64,000 nucleotides of DNA from the NCBI GenBank assembly GCA_965223905.1, contig CBDCXV010000001.1, forward strand, positions 512,001-576,000, written 5' to 3'. The position numbers and the translations under genes were made by a program. Under the pieces are notes generated by a model. It searched no databases. It was not told the DNA's origin and worked only from the letters and a program-made list of their open reading frames with translations. Source of the stretch: Candidatus Latescibacterota bacterium. GTDB lineage: Bacteria > Latescibacterota > UBA2968 > UBA8231. Positions 22,940 to 31,814 of this stretch are shown here, in pieces. The stretch's first letter is position 1; each line of letters opens with the position of its first letter.

Positions 22940-23706
22940 CACTGTGAAAACTCCCCTCTCAATTTGGTCCACGACTTCTTGGCCGACGCCTGATCGCGAA
23001 AATCCCGCCACCGCTCGATGGTCCAAGCCGGGTTATCCTGGCTCGGGGTGGCAACATCGACCTCCATCCGGCCCCTGATGTTAAAAATGGTCGCGGTAAC
23101 TCCTTCGCGCGGCTGCTCCGTGAACTCGATCTCGTAGTTGAAAATATAACGCTCGACCAGGGGATTGTCCCCGAGGATGCGCTGGTCCCTGGTCGAATTG
23201 TACCAGCGCTGGAAGCTGATTTTTTGAAAGCGCTCCTTGTCGAGCACCAGGCTGGCAAAACGGCGCTCCTGGGAATGCGTCCACAGCGTGTCGAGGTCGG
23301 CCTCGGGGTTGTAGTCATCCGGCGGATTGAACACCTCGAGAAACAGCTGTATGTCGTCGGCGTCCGGGACGAACAGGAAACTCTCCTCCAGCTGGTCCAG
23401 GTACTGCACCGGACTGAATCCGCGAAAGCTGTCGCGGACATTGAACAAGACGGCTTCAGGGGTCGTCGGTTCCCTGAGAGCGAGAAGGATGCCGCTGGGG
23501 CAGTCGGGAGTGCGGCCCCCGAAGGGGCTTGACGGGTCGGTGCGCTCGGATACGAGGTCCGCATCGGCGCATTTCGGAAAACTTTTTAGATCCGTCGTCT
23601 CGGTGCAGCGGCACTCGACCTCGGCGCCTTCCTCCAGGCTGCACCCGGACAGAATCCAGAGCACTGCCGGAATTGCGGCTTGCTGAATGGAAATTCTCCT
23701 AAACAC
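22939..23706 (-). CDS. hypothetical lipoprotein, paralog of 22238-22939
   Basis: Lipobox ILSGC, EPTTPEAVLFNV, WTIERWRD. Confidence 0.72.
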   Translation of the reverse strand: MFRRISIQQAAIPAVLWILSGCSLEEGAEVECRCTETTDLKSFPKCADADLVSERTDPSSPFGGRTPDCPSGILLALREPTTPEAVLFNVRDSFRGFSPVQYLDQLEESFLFVPDADDIQLFLEVFNPPDDYNPEADLDTLWTHSQERRFASLVLDKERFQKISFQRWYNSTRDQRILGDNPLVERYIFNYEIEFTEQPREGVTATIFNIRGRMEVDVATPSQDNPAWTIERWRDFRDQASAKKSWTKLRGEFSQ

Positions 23707-24730
23707 TGAACGGGACCGGGCTGAAGCAGGAGGCGAAGATGACGAAGCAGAGCACCCCGATACGCCGGCGCCGGCGATCCAGGGGAATGTTGGGAAAAAA
23801 CGGTGCGGGATGGTCCCTGCCCAGCAGGGCGAGCAGGAAAGCGAGGAAAATCCACCCCGGCCACCCTGGCGGCAACTCCAACATTTTCCAGAAAATACCG
23901 TGCAGTCCGAGCCCTATCAACAAGGCGAAGGTTGCGCGGGCGATGTAGCGGTGCCAGGGACCGAAAACGGCGTACGAAACATGGCCGCCGTCGAGCTGAC
24001 CGACAGGAAACAGGTTGAACGCCGTGATGAACAGGCCCACCCAGCCGGCAAAGGCGACTGGGCTGAGAAGCACCATGTCGCCCGGCTCGATCACCGGCAT
24101 CAGCCAGGCGGAAAGGATCGCGAAAATCGGCGGGGCACCGAGCTGCCAGAACGGCTCTGGATTTGCGAACGGGAGCTGCTCGAAGTATCCGGCGTCAACG
24201 ACGCGCGACTGCGGCAGACCGACGACGCAGGCTGCCAGAGCCACGACGAAGCCGGCCAGCGGACCGGAAGCGCCGATATCGAGAAGGGCTCTCTTGTGAG
24301 GTATGGGGGACCGGATGCGAATCACCGCTCCCAGGGTGCCGAGAAAGGATATGTATGGCAGCGGGATGAAGTACGGAAGGGAGGCTTTCACGCCCCAGCG
24401 GCGGGCGGCGAAATAATGGCCGAATTCGTGGACCGTGAGGATGCCCAGCAAGGTCGCTGCGAAGGGAATGCCCTCGACGAGGTGCACGAGCCGCTCGAAG
24501 CCGAAAAAGGGGTTCACTCCGCTCTGTATCGCCCCGGCCGCCGTCATTGAGAACAGGGTCAGCAGGAACAGGGCGGCGTGCAGGACGGGACTGGAGGCGC
24601 GCCCGCTCCTCGGCCCTGCGGCGAACACGGATGGCTTGCCGGCGGTTCGCTCCCGCACCTTTTCGAATTCGAGGTGGCCATGCCGCGAACTCGGACGCGG
24701 GGCCGGAGGCCGCTTGCGCCAGAGGTGCAT
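23699..24730 (-). CDS. site-2 protease (peptidase M50, no PDZ)
   Basis: HEFGH zinc motif, GASGPLAGF, NLFPVGQLDGGH and multiple TM helices. Confidence 0.92.
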   Translation of the reverse strand: MHLWRKRPPAPRPSSRHGHLEFEKVRERTAGKPSVFAAGPRSGRASSPVLHAALFLLTLFSMTAAGAIQSGVNPFFGFERLVHLVEGIPFAATLLGILTVHEFGHYFAARRWGVKASLPYFIPLPYISFLGTLGAVIRIRSPIPHKRALLDIGASGPLAGFVVALAACVVGLPQSRVVDAGYFEQLPFANPEPFWQLGAPPIFAILSAWLMPVIEPGDMVLLSPVAFAGWVGLFITAFNLFPVGQLDGGHVSYAVFGPWHRYIARATFALLIGLGLHGIFWKMLELPPGWPGWIFLAFLLALLGRDHPAPFFPNIPLDRRRRRIGVLCFVIFASCFSPVPFSV

Positions 24731-25668
24731 TACGGCATCTGCAAGGCGGGAGCTCTCGCTGGCGCCCGCGCCGCGCTACGGTACAGACTGAGGCGATGCC
24801 CCTGACCGAGGCCGGATGCAAACGGCACGTAGGCGTAATCGAGGCGCCAGGATCGCACCTGCAACCCGAAGCCGGCCGACAACGAGCGGCGGGACCCGGT
24901 TTGGTAGCCTCCCCGCAGCAGAAGGGTTGTCGACAGCGGCCACTCGACACCGCCGTGAAAGCTGGAGCCGTACCCCTGGGCCAGCTGGACTTCGAGCAGG
25001 GCAAGCCGACTTGCCAGCGGTTCGAAGGGCTTTCCGAAGCAGTTGCAGGCGAGGGCGATGCGCAACTGGCCCGGCAGCTCCGTGGAATCGTTCGCAAGGG
25101 GATTCATGGCGCCGAAATTCCGCACCGAGCCGCCGACTCGAAGGTGGTCGCCCAGCCGATACAGAATCCCGAAATCGAGGGCCGCACCCAGCGCCGACTC
25201 GGTATGAATCGACTGCCGGATCAGTTTCCCGGCGGCTCCTATCTGCAGGTTTTCTGTCGAACGCCGGCCGTACCCAAGGCCGAAAGCCCACTCGTACACT
25301 CCGAATTCACCGAGCGGCTCGTGGCTGGGTCCCACGCGGCGCTCCAGCCCGGCGGCGCGAGAAAGCGACAGCTGGGCCGACAGAATGCCGGCTCCCAGCG
25401 GCTGCAGGGCGGTTGCGTACTCGTGCCGGGTGTCCTGAACCCAGCTGCTGTGCGTCACCCCCAGGCGACCCCCCGCGGCGCTGACCGCTGCCGGGTTGGC
25501 CGCGGCGGCATCGATATCGGCAAGAGCCGCGGCGGCCTCCCCGAGGGCGGTCGCGCGCGCACCCGAGCCGAGCAGCAGGAACGGCAGCCCGGAGGCGCCG
25601 GCGCCCGCCGCCCAGGACAGCAGGAAGGCGGCGACCGCAAAGCGAGCGCCAGCCGTCGCCGGGCTCAT
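24730..25668 (-). CDS. PorV/PorQ (UPF0164/FadL-like) outer-membrane beta-barrel
   Basis: Signal peptide, then FLLLGSGARATALGEA...ANPAA, alternating beta strands, LRGGY and LDYAYVPF...HRLSL. Confidence 0.78.
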   Translation of the reverse strand: MSPATAGARFAVAAFLLSWAAGAGASGLPFLLLGSGARATALGEAAAALADIDAAAANPAAVSAAGGRLGVTHSSWVQDTRHEYATALQPLGAGILSAQLSLSRAAGLERRVGPSHEPLGEFGVYEWAFGLGYGRRSTENLQIGAAGKLIRQSIHTESALGAALDFGILYRLGDHLRVGGSVRNFGAMNPLANDSTELPGQLRIALACNCFGKPFEPLASRLALLEVQLAQGYGSSFHGGVEWPLSTTLLLRGGYQTGSRRSLSAGFGLQVRSWRLDYAYVPFASGLGQGHRLSLYRSAARAPARAPALQMP

Positions 25669-26621
25669 CAGAAGGCGGCTCCCACCCCGATCAGGGTGCG
25701 CGCCCCGGCATCGAGTTCATCGCCGACGTAGGCGTAGTGAAACTGCACCGTATCGATTCTCATCGGCCGCAGGGTCAGCCCGAATGCCGGCGCCCCGAAA
25801 ATGCCTGCCGCCCCGATACGCGCCAGCCCCGCCCGCACCGTCAACAGCGGGTTCACCTTCCATTCGCCTCCCAGACTGGCGAAAGGTGCAATCGTATCGA
25901 AGCGGAAATCGGCGGCGATCAATACTCCTTCCGCCGGCCTGTGGGCCGTCCCCAGCGACAGGCTAACCGGGAGCACTTCGGTGCTTCGATTCTTCTTGTC
26001 GGAGGCCTGCAGCACCGTCCACCGCAGCCTGGAACCGAGTCCCTTCAGACCGGCTGCCAGCGCTGTTTTTTCCGACAGGGAATAGTGCAGGTGAAGATCG
26101 AGCCCCCTTCCCGTAGCGGTCGAAGCGCCGGTTTGCGGCACCTCGATTCGATGCCGGAGGATCTTCACGCCTGCCCCGGCGGAGAACTTTTCGCCGAGGG
26201 GGATGCCCAGGGCGAAGAAGAAGGCGTTCTCGCTGTCGTCGATGTCGCCGAAGGGATCGCCGGCCCCGGTGCGCGCCTTGAGATCGCCGACCGAAGCATG
26301 TATCCAGGCCAGGCCGAAAGCGAGGCCGCCGCGGCGGTTGAACGCTGCGGCCAGGCTGTCCCGCCTGCGGTCGAGGCTCAGCCGGTGCAGCGAAGCGGAG
26401 GCGGTGAGTCCGAGGTTGCGGGTGAGTCGCGCGGCGTTCCAGTAGATCGCGGACTCGTCGTCGACGACCGCGGAGAACGCATTCCCCATTCCAGGGCCGC
26501 GGGTGCCGAGCCCGCTCTCTAGATACGCTCCCCCGTACTCACCCGAAGCGGGTGAGCTGATCGCGGCCAGGATGGCGGCGGTTGCGGCCAGCGGCTGCAG
26601 GAGCTCGCGCGCGCGCGTCAA
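25668..26621 (-). CDS. PorV/PorQ (UPF0164/FadL-like) outer-membrane beta-barrel
   Basis: Signal peptide, YLESGLGTRGPGMGNAFSAVVDDESAIYWNAARL, FHYAY, and a terminal aromatic residue (GVGAAF). Confidence 0.78.
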   Translation of the reverse strand: MTRARELLQPLAATAAILAAISSPASGEYGGAYLESGLGTRGPGMGNAFSAVVDDESAIYWNAARLTRNLGLTASASLHRLSLDRRRDSLAAAFNRRGGLAFGLAWIHASVGDLKARTGAGDPFGDIDDSENAFFFALGIPLGEKFSAGAGVKILRHRIEVPQTGASTATGRGLDLHLHYSLSEKTALAAGLKGLGSRLRWTVLQASDKKNRSTEVLPVSLSLGTAHRPAEGVLIAADFRFDTIAPFASLGGEWKVNPLLTVRAGLARIGAAGIFGAPAFGLTLRPMRIDTVQFHYAYVGDELDAGARTLIGVGAAF

Positions 26622-28294
26622 TCCAGCACCACCACCTTGCCGAAGGCCACGCCGTCATCCGTGCTCAGGCGGTAGAAGTAGACGCCGTTGGCCACGAGGT
26701 CGCCGTCGTCGTCCCGGCCATCCCAGTTGATGTAGTGGTATCCCTGTCCGGAGCGCGGTTGCCTCACCGCGAGTTCGCGCACAGGGCGGCTGGAGAAATC
26801 GTAGAGGGAAATTGAGACCTCAGCGGGGTCTCGCAGGCCGAAGACGATGCGGGTGTTCTCGTCGCGCGAAGGGGAAAACGGGCTCGGAGCGGCGTAGGTG
26901 ACGGCGCTGTCCGGATCGGCAACGCCACCTACGCCGATGAAGTCTCCCGAATCGAGGGCCCGCGTTTTCAGGGGAAACGCCAGAATCCGCCATTCAATGA
27001 CGGCGACGGATTCGCCGTCCGGGGTGGCGATCTTGGCCTGGGCGAGACCGTTCTCAGCCCCGACCCAGAGCGTCTTCCCTCCCTCTGTGTTCGGCGAAAT
27101 TTCCACGCCGACGAAGGGCTCGCGCAGCTGGTCTCGCGACTGAAGGTCCTCGACCGCGACCGTTTCCCATGTGAAGCCGGCGTCGCCGCTGCGGAGCAGA
27201 CCGTCGTTGCTGGCCGCCCAGACCGCGTCCTCGGCGAAGGCGAATCCCCATGCAAACGTCGGCGCGCCGGACTGCCAGGATTCGCCGTCGTCCGCGGTGA
27301 AGTTGATGGCAGCAGTTTCCAGGTTCGTCGGCCCCAGGTTCGCCCCGGCCCAGACGACGCTGCCACCGGGGCGCCGCTGCCTCGCGAGGGCAACCACCCA
27401 GTTGGCGCTCAGACTGCCGGCCAACCGCTCTCCGAACTCGTCGAAGGCGGCCCGGGAATGCCTCCAGGTGGTTCCTCCATCGAAGCTGCGGGCAACGCCG
27501 CCGGAGGTTCCGATCCAGACGGTGTCGTTGTAGGCGAGCGCCGAGAAGGTGCGATGTACGAACGATTGCAGGTCGAGGCTGTCGGCCGCGGCGCGAGCCT
27601 CCCGCACCCTTTCTTCATCGACGTCGCCGCTGTTGGCCAGGCTGTCGGCGAGGATGCGAAACAACTCGGCGTCGTTGTCCCCTTTTCCATAGACGATTTC
27701 GCTGGCGCCGTCTGGAAGGACCCGTTCCCAGGTGCGGCCTGCGTCGCGGGAGCGCACCGAGGAGCCGGCGAAGAAGGTTGCCCAGATCGTGTCGCCGTCG
27801 AGTGCGAGCCCGAAACAAGCGTTGTTGACCGCAGTGGCCGGGCCGCGCGCGAAGGAAGGGCGCGACGGATCGAAGATGGCTTCGTTGGGAATGTGATCCC
27901 ATGTCTCCCCGGCGTTCAGACTGAAACTCAGGCCACCGCCTGCCTGGCCGGACCCCAGTGTCGTGTCGAAAAGGGTGGCTGCCCATACGGTGTCGCCGGC
28001 CGCTGCCAGGGCGCTTACCGCACCGCGCCCGAGGCCGTGGGATTCCGTGAAGGTTACCCAGTCGCTGTCCTTGCTGCCGCTGCTGAGGGACGGGTCGAGG
28101 CGCGCCAAGCCGCGTTCGGTGGCGATCCACAGGTATCGGTCGCTCCAGACAATGTCGCCGATTTCGGTGCCGAGCAGGCCGGGTACAGGAGGAACTGCTT
28201 CTTGATGCGGAGTTTGCGGGAGGAGACTGGGTGCCGCCTGAAGGGGCAGTGCCGGGGCGGAAGCGACCGCCAGGACCAGCAGCAGACTACGCAT
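26618..28294 (-). CDS. exported BNR/Asp-box beta-propeller protein with C-terminal FlgD-Ig-type (T9SS CTD-like) domain
   Basis: Signal peptide; repeated S.DxG.TW boxes (SLNAGETW, SRDAGRTW, SFDGGTTW, TADDGESW, SGDAGFTW); C-terminal PSPFSP...ISLYDFSSRPVREL...WDGRDDDGDLVANGVYFYRL...GKVVVL. Confidence 0.85.
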   Translation of the reverse strand: MRSLLLVLAVASAPALPLQAAPSLLPQTPHQEAVPPVPGLLGTEIGDIVWSDRYLWIATERGLARLDPSLSSGSKDSDWVTFTESHGLGRGAVSALAAAGDTVWAATLFDTTLGSGQAGGGLSFSLNAGETWDHIPNEAIFDPSRPSFARGPATAVNNACFGLALDGDTIWATFFAGSSVRSRDAGRTWERVLPDGASEIVYGKGDNDAELFRILADSLANSGDVDEERVREARAAADSLDLQSFVHRTFSALAYNDTVWIGTSGGVARSFDGGTTWRHSRAAFDEFGERLAGSLSANWVVALARQRRPGGSVVWAGANLGPTNLETAAINFTADDGESWQSGAPTFAWGFAFAEDAVWAASNDGLLRSGDAGFTWETVAVEDLQSRDQLREPFVGVEISPNTEGGKTLWVGAENGLAQAKIATPDGESVAVIEWRILAFPLKTRALDSGDFIGVGGVADPDSAVTYAAPSPFSPSRDENTRIVFGLRDPAEVSISLYDFSSRPVRELAVRQPRSGQGYHYINWDGRDDDGDLVANGVYFYRLSTDDGVAFGKVVVLD

Positions 28295-29114
28295 ACTCGG
28301 AGGCGCGCGCTTCGAGGGCCGCGATTGCCTCGCAACCTATTCCACAGTCTCCTATACGCGGTCCCGACTCTTCGCCGTGGCTGTCAGAGCCGCCCGTCGG
28401 CAAGAGTCCGTAGCGCTCGGCAAGTTGTGTGTAGTGTTCGATCTGGACGGGCTGGTGCGACGGGTGGAAAACCTCGATACCGTCCAGACCGGAGTCGACC
28501 AACCTGGTCAGCATCGCCAAGGGGCAGCTGTTGCCGGGGTGCGCCAGGACTGCGACGCCCCCCAGGCGGTGGACCATGGCGATCACGTCCGCGGCGGGGG
28601 ACCTCGGTTTCGGCACCGCTGCCGGGCGGCGGTCGCCGATGTAGCGATCGAAGGCCTCTTCCTTCGAGGCAACGGCCCCGCTTCCCACCATAGCCGCGGC
28701 GATATGCGGTCTTCCCAGGAGACCGCATATCGCGTGGCGCATCACTTCTTCGACGGAAATGGCGACCCCGAGCTGGTTGAGTCGTTCGACCATGGCGACC
28801 CCGCGTTCATGTCGCCTCCGGCGCAGCAGACCGACGTAATCGGTCAGGACCGGGTGCCGGCGGTGGATGAAGTAGGAGAGCAGATGTACCTCGCGGTCGC
28901 CGACGTGGGCGCTCAGCTCGATTCCGGGAATAACCCGCACCCCGGAACGGTGTCCGGCTTCCACCGCTTCTTCGACCCCCGCGACGGTGTCGTGGTCGGT
29001 CAGGCTGATGGCCCGTACACCGGCCAGGAGCGCCTCCCCGACCGCCTCCGCCGGGGTGCGCAGTCCGTCGGAGCAAAACGAGTGCATGTGGAGATCGGCG
29101 AGGTTGTAGCTCAC
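28287..29114 (-). CDS. PHP-domain phosphoesterase (TrpH/YciV-like)
   Basis: Motifs DLHMHSFCSDG, LTDHDT, GIELS, GRPHIA, LAHP and GGSDSHG. Confidence 0.92.
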   Translation of the reverse strand: MSYNLADLHMHSFCSDGLRTPAEAVGEALLAGVRAISLTDHDTVAGVEEAVEAGHRSGVRVIPGIELSAHVGDREVHLLSYFIHRRHPVLTDYVGLLRRRRHERGVAMVERLNQLGVAISVEEVMRHAICGLLGRPHIAAAMVGSGAVASKEEAFDRYIGDRRPAAVPKPRSPAADVIAMVHRLGGVAVLAHPGNSCPLAMLTRLVDSGLDGIEVFHPSHQPVQIEHYTQLAERYGLLPTGGSDSHGEESGPRIGDCGIGCEAIAALEARASEYA

Positions 29115-29116
29115 GG

Positions 29117-29332
29117 CTAAACAACGAGGGTGGCGGTTGACCAGCCGGCATTGCCCGGCGGTGCGGGAACAGGATCGGAATCGAGTGGGAAGATAGCGAA
29201 ATCGAGGGTCGGTTGCCCGTCAGTTGCGTGGCAAAGCTCCAATAAACCGGTGCCGGTTTTCCGGATAACGAGTGGCTGCCCCTCGGCACCATGCCGTCTG
29301 AATCGGCGCGGGATCTGGTTGCCGGCTTCCAT
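29117..29332 (-). CDS. small hypothetical protein
   Basis: GAGG 5 nt before ATG; stop lies 2 bp before the PHP start, in operon orientation; no recognisable motif. Confidence 0.45.
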   Translation of the reverse strand: MEAGNQIPRRFRRHGAEGQPLVIRKTGTGLLELCHATDGQPTLDFAIFPLDSDPVPAPPGNAGWSTATLVV

Positions 29333-29417
29333 GTAACCTCATGGACGTGCAGAGGGACGGTGGGTTCCAACTGGGGCCGAAATCCGCACGGGGCCGTATG
29401 GCCCTTGGGGAAGGCGG

Positions 29418-29696
29418 TCAGAGATAGTTGAGCCCAAGCTCCGCAACGAGATTGCGGGTGCCGCCATCGAGCAGTGCACAGATCAGAGCGAAACCGAAAT
29501 CCCGCTCCAGCTCGTTGGCGTACTTCATCTGCTCGTCGCGAAAGTTGAGCCGCTGAAATCCGAGAACCGTGTCCTTGAAGCGGTCGGGAGATTCGTAGAT
29601 GACGACTTGGGCAAGCTCGGTGTTGGCGAGCGCATCGCTGACGAATTCGATGCCGAAAATTTCCTCGAGGGCAGTGCGCAGTTGACGATGGAGCAT
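29418..29696 (-). CDS. small conserved-looking hypothetical protein (helical)
   Basis: 92 aa with native-like composition and codon usage (MLHRQLRTALEEIFG...LVAELGLNYL), in operon orientation. Confidence 0.7.
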   Translation of the reverse strand: MLHRQLRTALEEIFGIEFVSDALANTELAQVVIYESPDRFKDTVLGFQRLNFRDEQMKYANELERDFGFALICALLDGGTRNLVAELGLNYL

Positions 29697-29723
29697 GCCG
29701 GGGTATCTGCTGAGAACAACACT

Positions 29724-29906
29724 TTAGAATGGGTAGACTTCGTCGAGTTTCCGGCGCAATCGGATGCCGTCCTCCGAAGCGCGGTTCAGTACGATCTCGA
29801 TCACGGGCCGCCGCAACCAGGCCAGGGCAATCAATCCCATGTCGAGAGGAATCTGCCGTGTTTCCAGGCGCAGTACCAGCGCCGCGGAGATGAGGCTTTT
29901 TATCAC
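29724..29906 (-). CDS. small hypothetical protein
   Basis: GTG at 29906 starts VIKSLISAALVLRLETRQ...KLDEVYPF and fills the gap after purC. Confidence 0.4.
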   Translation of the reverse strand: MIKSLISAALVLRLETRQIPLDMGLIALAWLRRPVIEIVLNRASEDGIRLRRKLDEVYPF

Positions 29907-29923
29907 GGGTGCCTGGCAGGACG

Positions 29924-30895
29924 CTAGTTCGCGAAATAGGGGGCGATCGCCTGTTCGATGCGGTCCCTGATCGGCGCGGAACTGGTCTCGGCCGCGAAGG
30001 GCTGGCCTGTAACGCGCTCGAACAGATCGATGTAGCGCTCGGCGACCTGCACCCTGATGTCGTTGTCCAGTTCGGGAATGTTGTCGTCGGAGATACCCTT
30101 TTCCTTGAGCCACAGCCGCAGAAACTCCTTGTCGAGGCTTTCAGGCTCCTCGCCGCGCCGGTGTCGCTCGGGGTAGGTTTCGGCGATCCAGTAACGCGAG
30201 GAATCGGGAGTGTGGATTTCGTCGGCCACCGCGATTTTTCCACTGGAATTGATCCCAAGCTCGTATTTGGTGTCGACGAGAATCAGGCCCTGCTCCGCAG
30301 CCAGCTCGGAGCCGCGGGCGAAGAGGGCGAGGGCGATGCGTTCGATCTCCTGCCAGGTGTCGGCCTCGACGAGACCGCGTTTGACGATCTGCTCGGGTGA
30401 GATCGACTCGTCGTGATCCTCGGACTTTGTTGTCGGAGTGATGATAGGCGCTTCGAAAGGCTGGTTTTTCACCATCCCGTCGGGAAGACGCAACCCGCAA
30501 AAGTTTCGGACCCTTCTGTTGTAGTGCGTCCAGACCGAGGTTTCCGTGCTGCCCGTAAGGTAGGCTCGCACCACCACCTCCACCGGAATCATCGCCAACT
30601 CTTCGGCGACGGTGACGTTGTCGTCGGGAACGTCGATCACCTGATTCGGCGCGATGTCGCCGGTCCGGTCGAACCAGTGCTTGGCAATGCGATTCAGCAC
30701 CTGCCCCTTCAGCGGAATGGTGCCCAGAACGCGATCGAATGCGCTCTGGCGATCGGTGGTGATCAGAATGCGCTTGTCCTCCAGGAGGTACATGTCGCGG
30801 ACCTTGCCCTGCTTGTAACAGAACTCCCAGCGTTCGAAGCGGGCGTCAAGGAGGCAGTTGTCGAGCAGATCGTACAGTTTTTTGCGGGGGATCAT
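29924..30895 (-). CDS. purC: SAICAR synthase
   Basis: Motifs QGKVRDMY, TDRQSAFD, PLKGQVLN, IPVEVVVRAYLTGS, TPTTK, LVDTKYELG, DEIHTPDSSRYW and DKEFLR. Confidence 0.97.
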   Translation of the reverse strand: MIPRKKLYDLLDNCLLDARFERWEFCYKQGKVRDMYLLEDKRILITTDRQSAFDRVLGTIPLKGQVLNRIAKHWFDRTGDIAPNQVIDVPDDNVTVAEELAMIPVEVVVRAYLTGSTETSVWTHYNRRVRNFCGLRLPDGMVKNQPFEAPIITPTTKSEDHDESISPEQIVKRGLVEADTWQEIERIALALFARGSELAAEQGLILVDTKYELGINSSGKIAVADEIHTPDSSRYWIAETYPERHRRGEEPESLDKEFLRLWLKEKGISDDNIPELDNDIRVQVAERYIDLFERVTGQPFAAETSSAPIRDRIEQAIAPYFAN

Positions 30896-30995
30896 CGGTG
30901 CGAGCTCCGCCCGGGAAGGGTCGGAATCAAGGTTGACGGCAGGGAAGGAGCGGGGAACGGCTACCCTTGGGGGGTGCCGCCCCCAAGGCAGATGA

Positions 30996-31023
30996 AAGGT
31001 ACGGCTACCATAAACGGCGTCAA
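30996..31023 (-). promoter_or_regulatory. putative sigma70 promoter of the purC-led operon
   Basis: TTGACG-N16-TACCTT on the minus strand, about 100 bp upstream of purC. Confidence 0.5.
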
Positions 31024-31215
31024 ACCTGCTCGGGCGACTTGCCCGGCCTGCTCGGCATCTTGATTTTAGTCCCGATCACGCGTAAGTTACGCCCAAAATT
31101 TGCTGACAAAACGGGAGTTCGACTTCTGTTTGAACCCCCAGTTGGAGAATGCGCGCGGCTGCGCGCGTGTTTCGCCTCATTTGTTTGAATAAATACCTCA
31201 ACCGGGAGGTTTACG

Positions 31216-31704
31216 ATGTTTCGGGGGCTAGCGGCATGCGCATTGGTTCTGGGTCTTTGGGGATGCAGTGACGAGGCTCAAATCGCGGAGCTGACGACAT
31301 ACGTCAAGGCGATCCAGAAGTTCCACCCATACAACGAGAAGGTTCAGTACTATCTCTCCAACCTTGACGACCCGGCCTTCGACCTCAACGAGCAGCACGT
31401 CATAGATGCCCGCCAACTGCTCGAGGACTATGCGGCCGTAGTGAACAGCGTGGAGGATCCCGACGATAACACTCTGCGCCACTCGCACGGTCTGTACAAA
31501 CGTTCGTTCAACGACGCGCGGCGGCTGGCGCAGGATCGCACCGGCGACCTCAGGAGGCAGGCTCATTCGGTCGCCATTGGTTTCCGAAACTTGCGGCGCG
31601 ACATCGCCGACCGCTTCTACCCGTCGATCGAAGTGCTGCTGGCGCGCAAGGGTCTGGATCTCGAGACCGAATATTCCTTGGTCTGGCCGTTCCCGGAGAA
31701 ATAG
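31216..31704 (+). CDS. hypothetical lipoprotein (helical)
   Basis: GGAGG RBS and lipobox LWGC. Confidence 0.8.
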   Translation: MFRGLAACALVLGLWGCSDEAQIAELTTYVKAIQKFHPYNEKVQYYLSNLDDPAFDLNEQHVIDARQLLEDYAAVVNSVEDPDDNTLRHSHGLYKRSFNDARRLAQDRTGDLRRQAHSVAIGFRNLRRDIADRFYPSIEVLLARKGLDLETEYSLVWPFPEK

Positions 31705-31814
31705 AATCGGAGGACGCTGACTGAGCCGCTCAAGCGGCCTCGTAGCAGCGGCAAACAGAATCGGGGCGGTTACTCTACTCGGGCCTTCGTTCCCAGCGAT
31801 CAGATCGGGATCGC

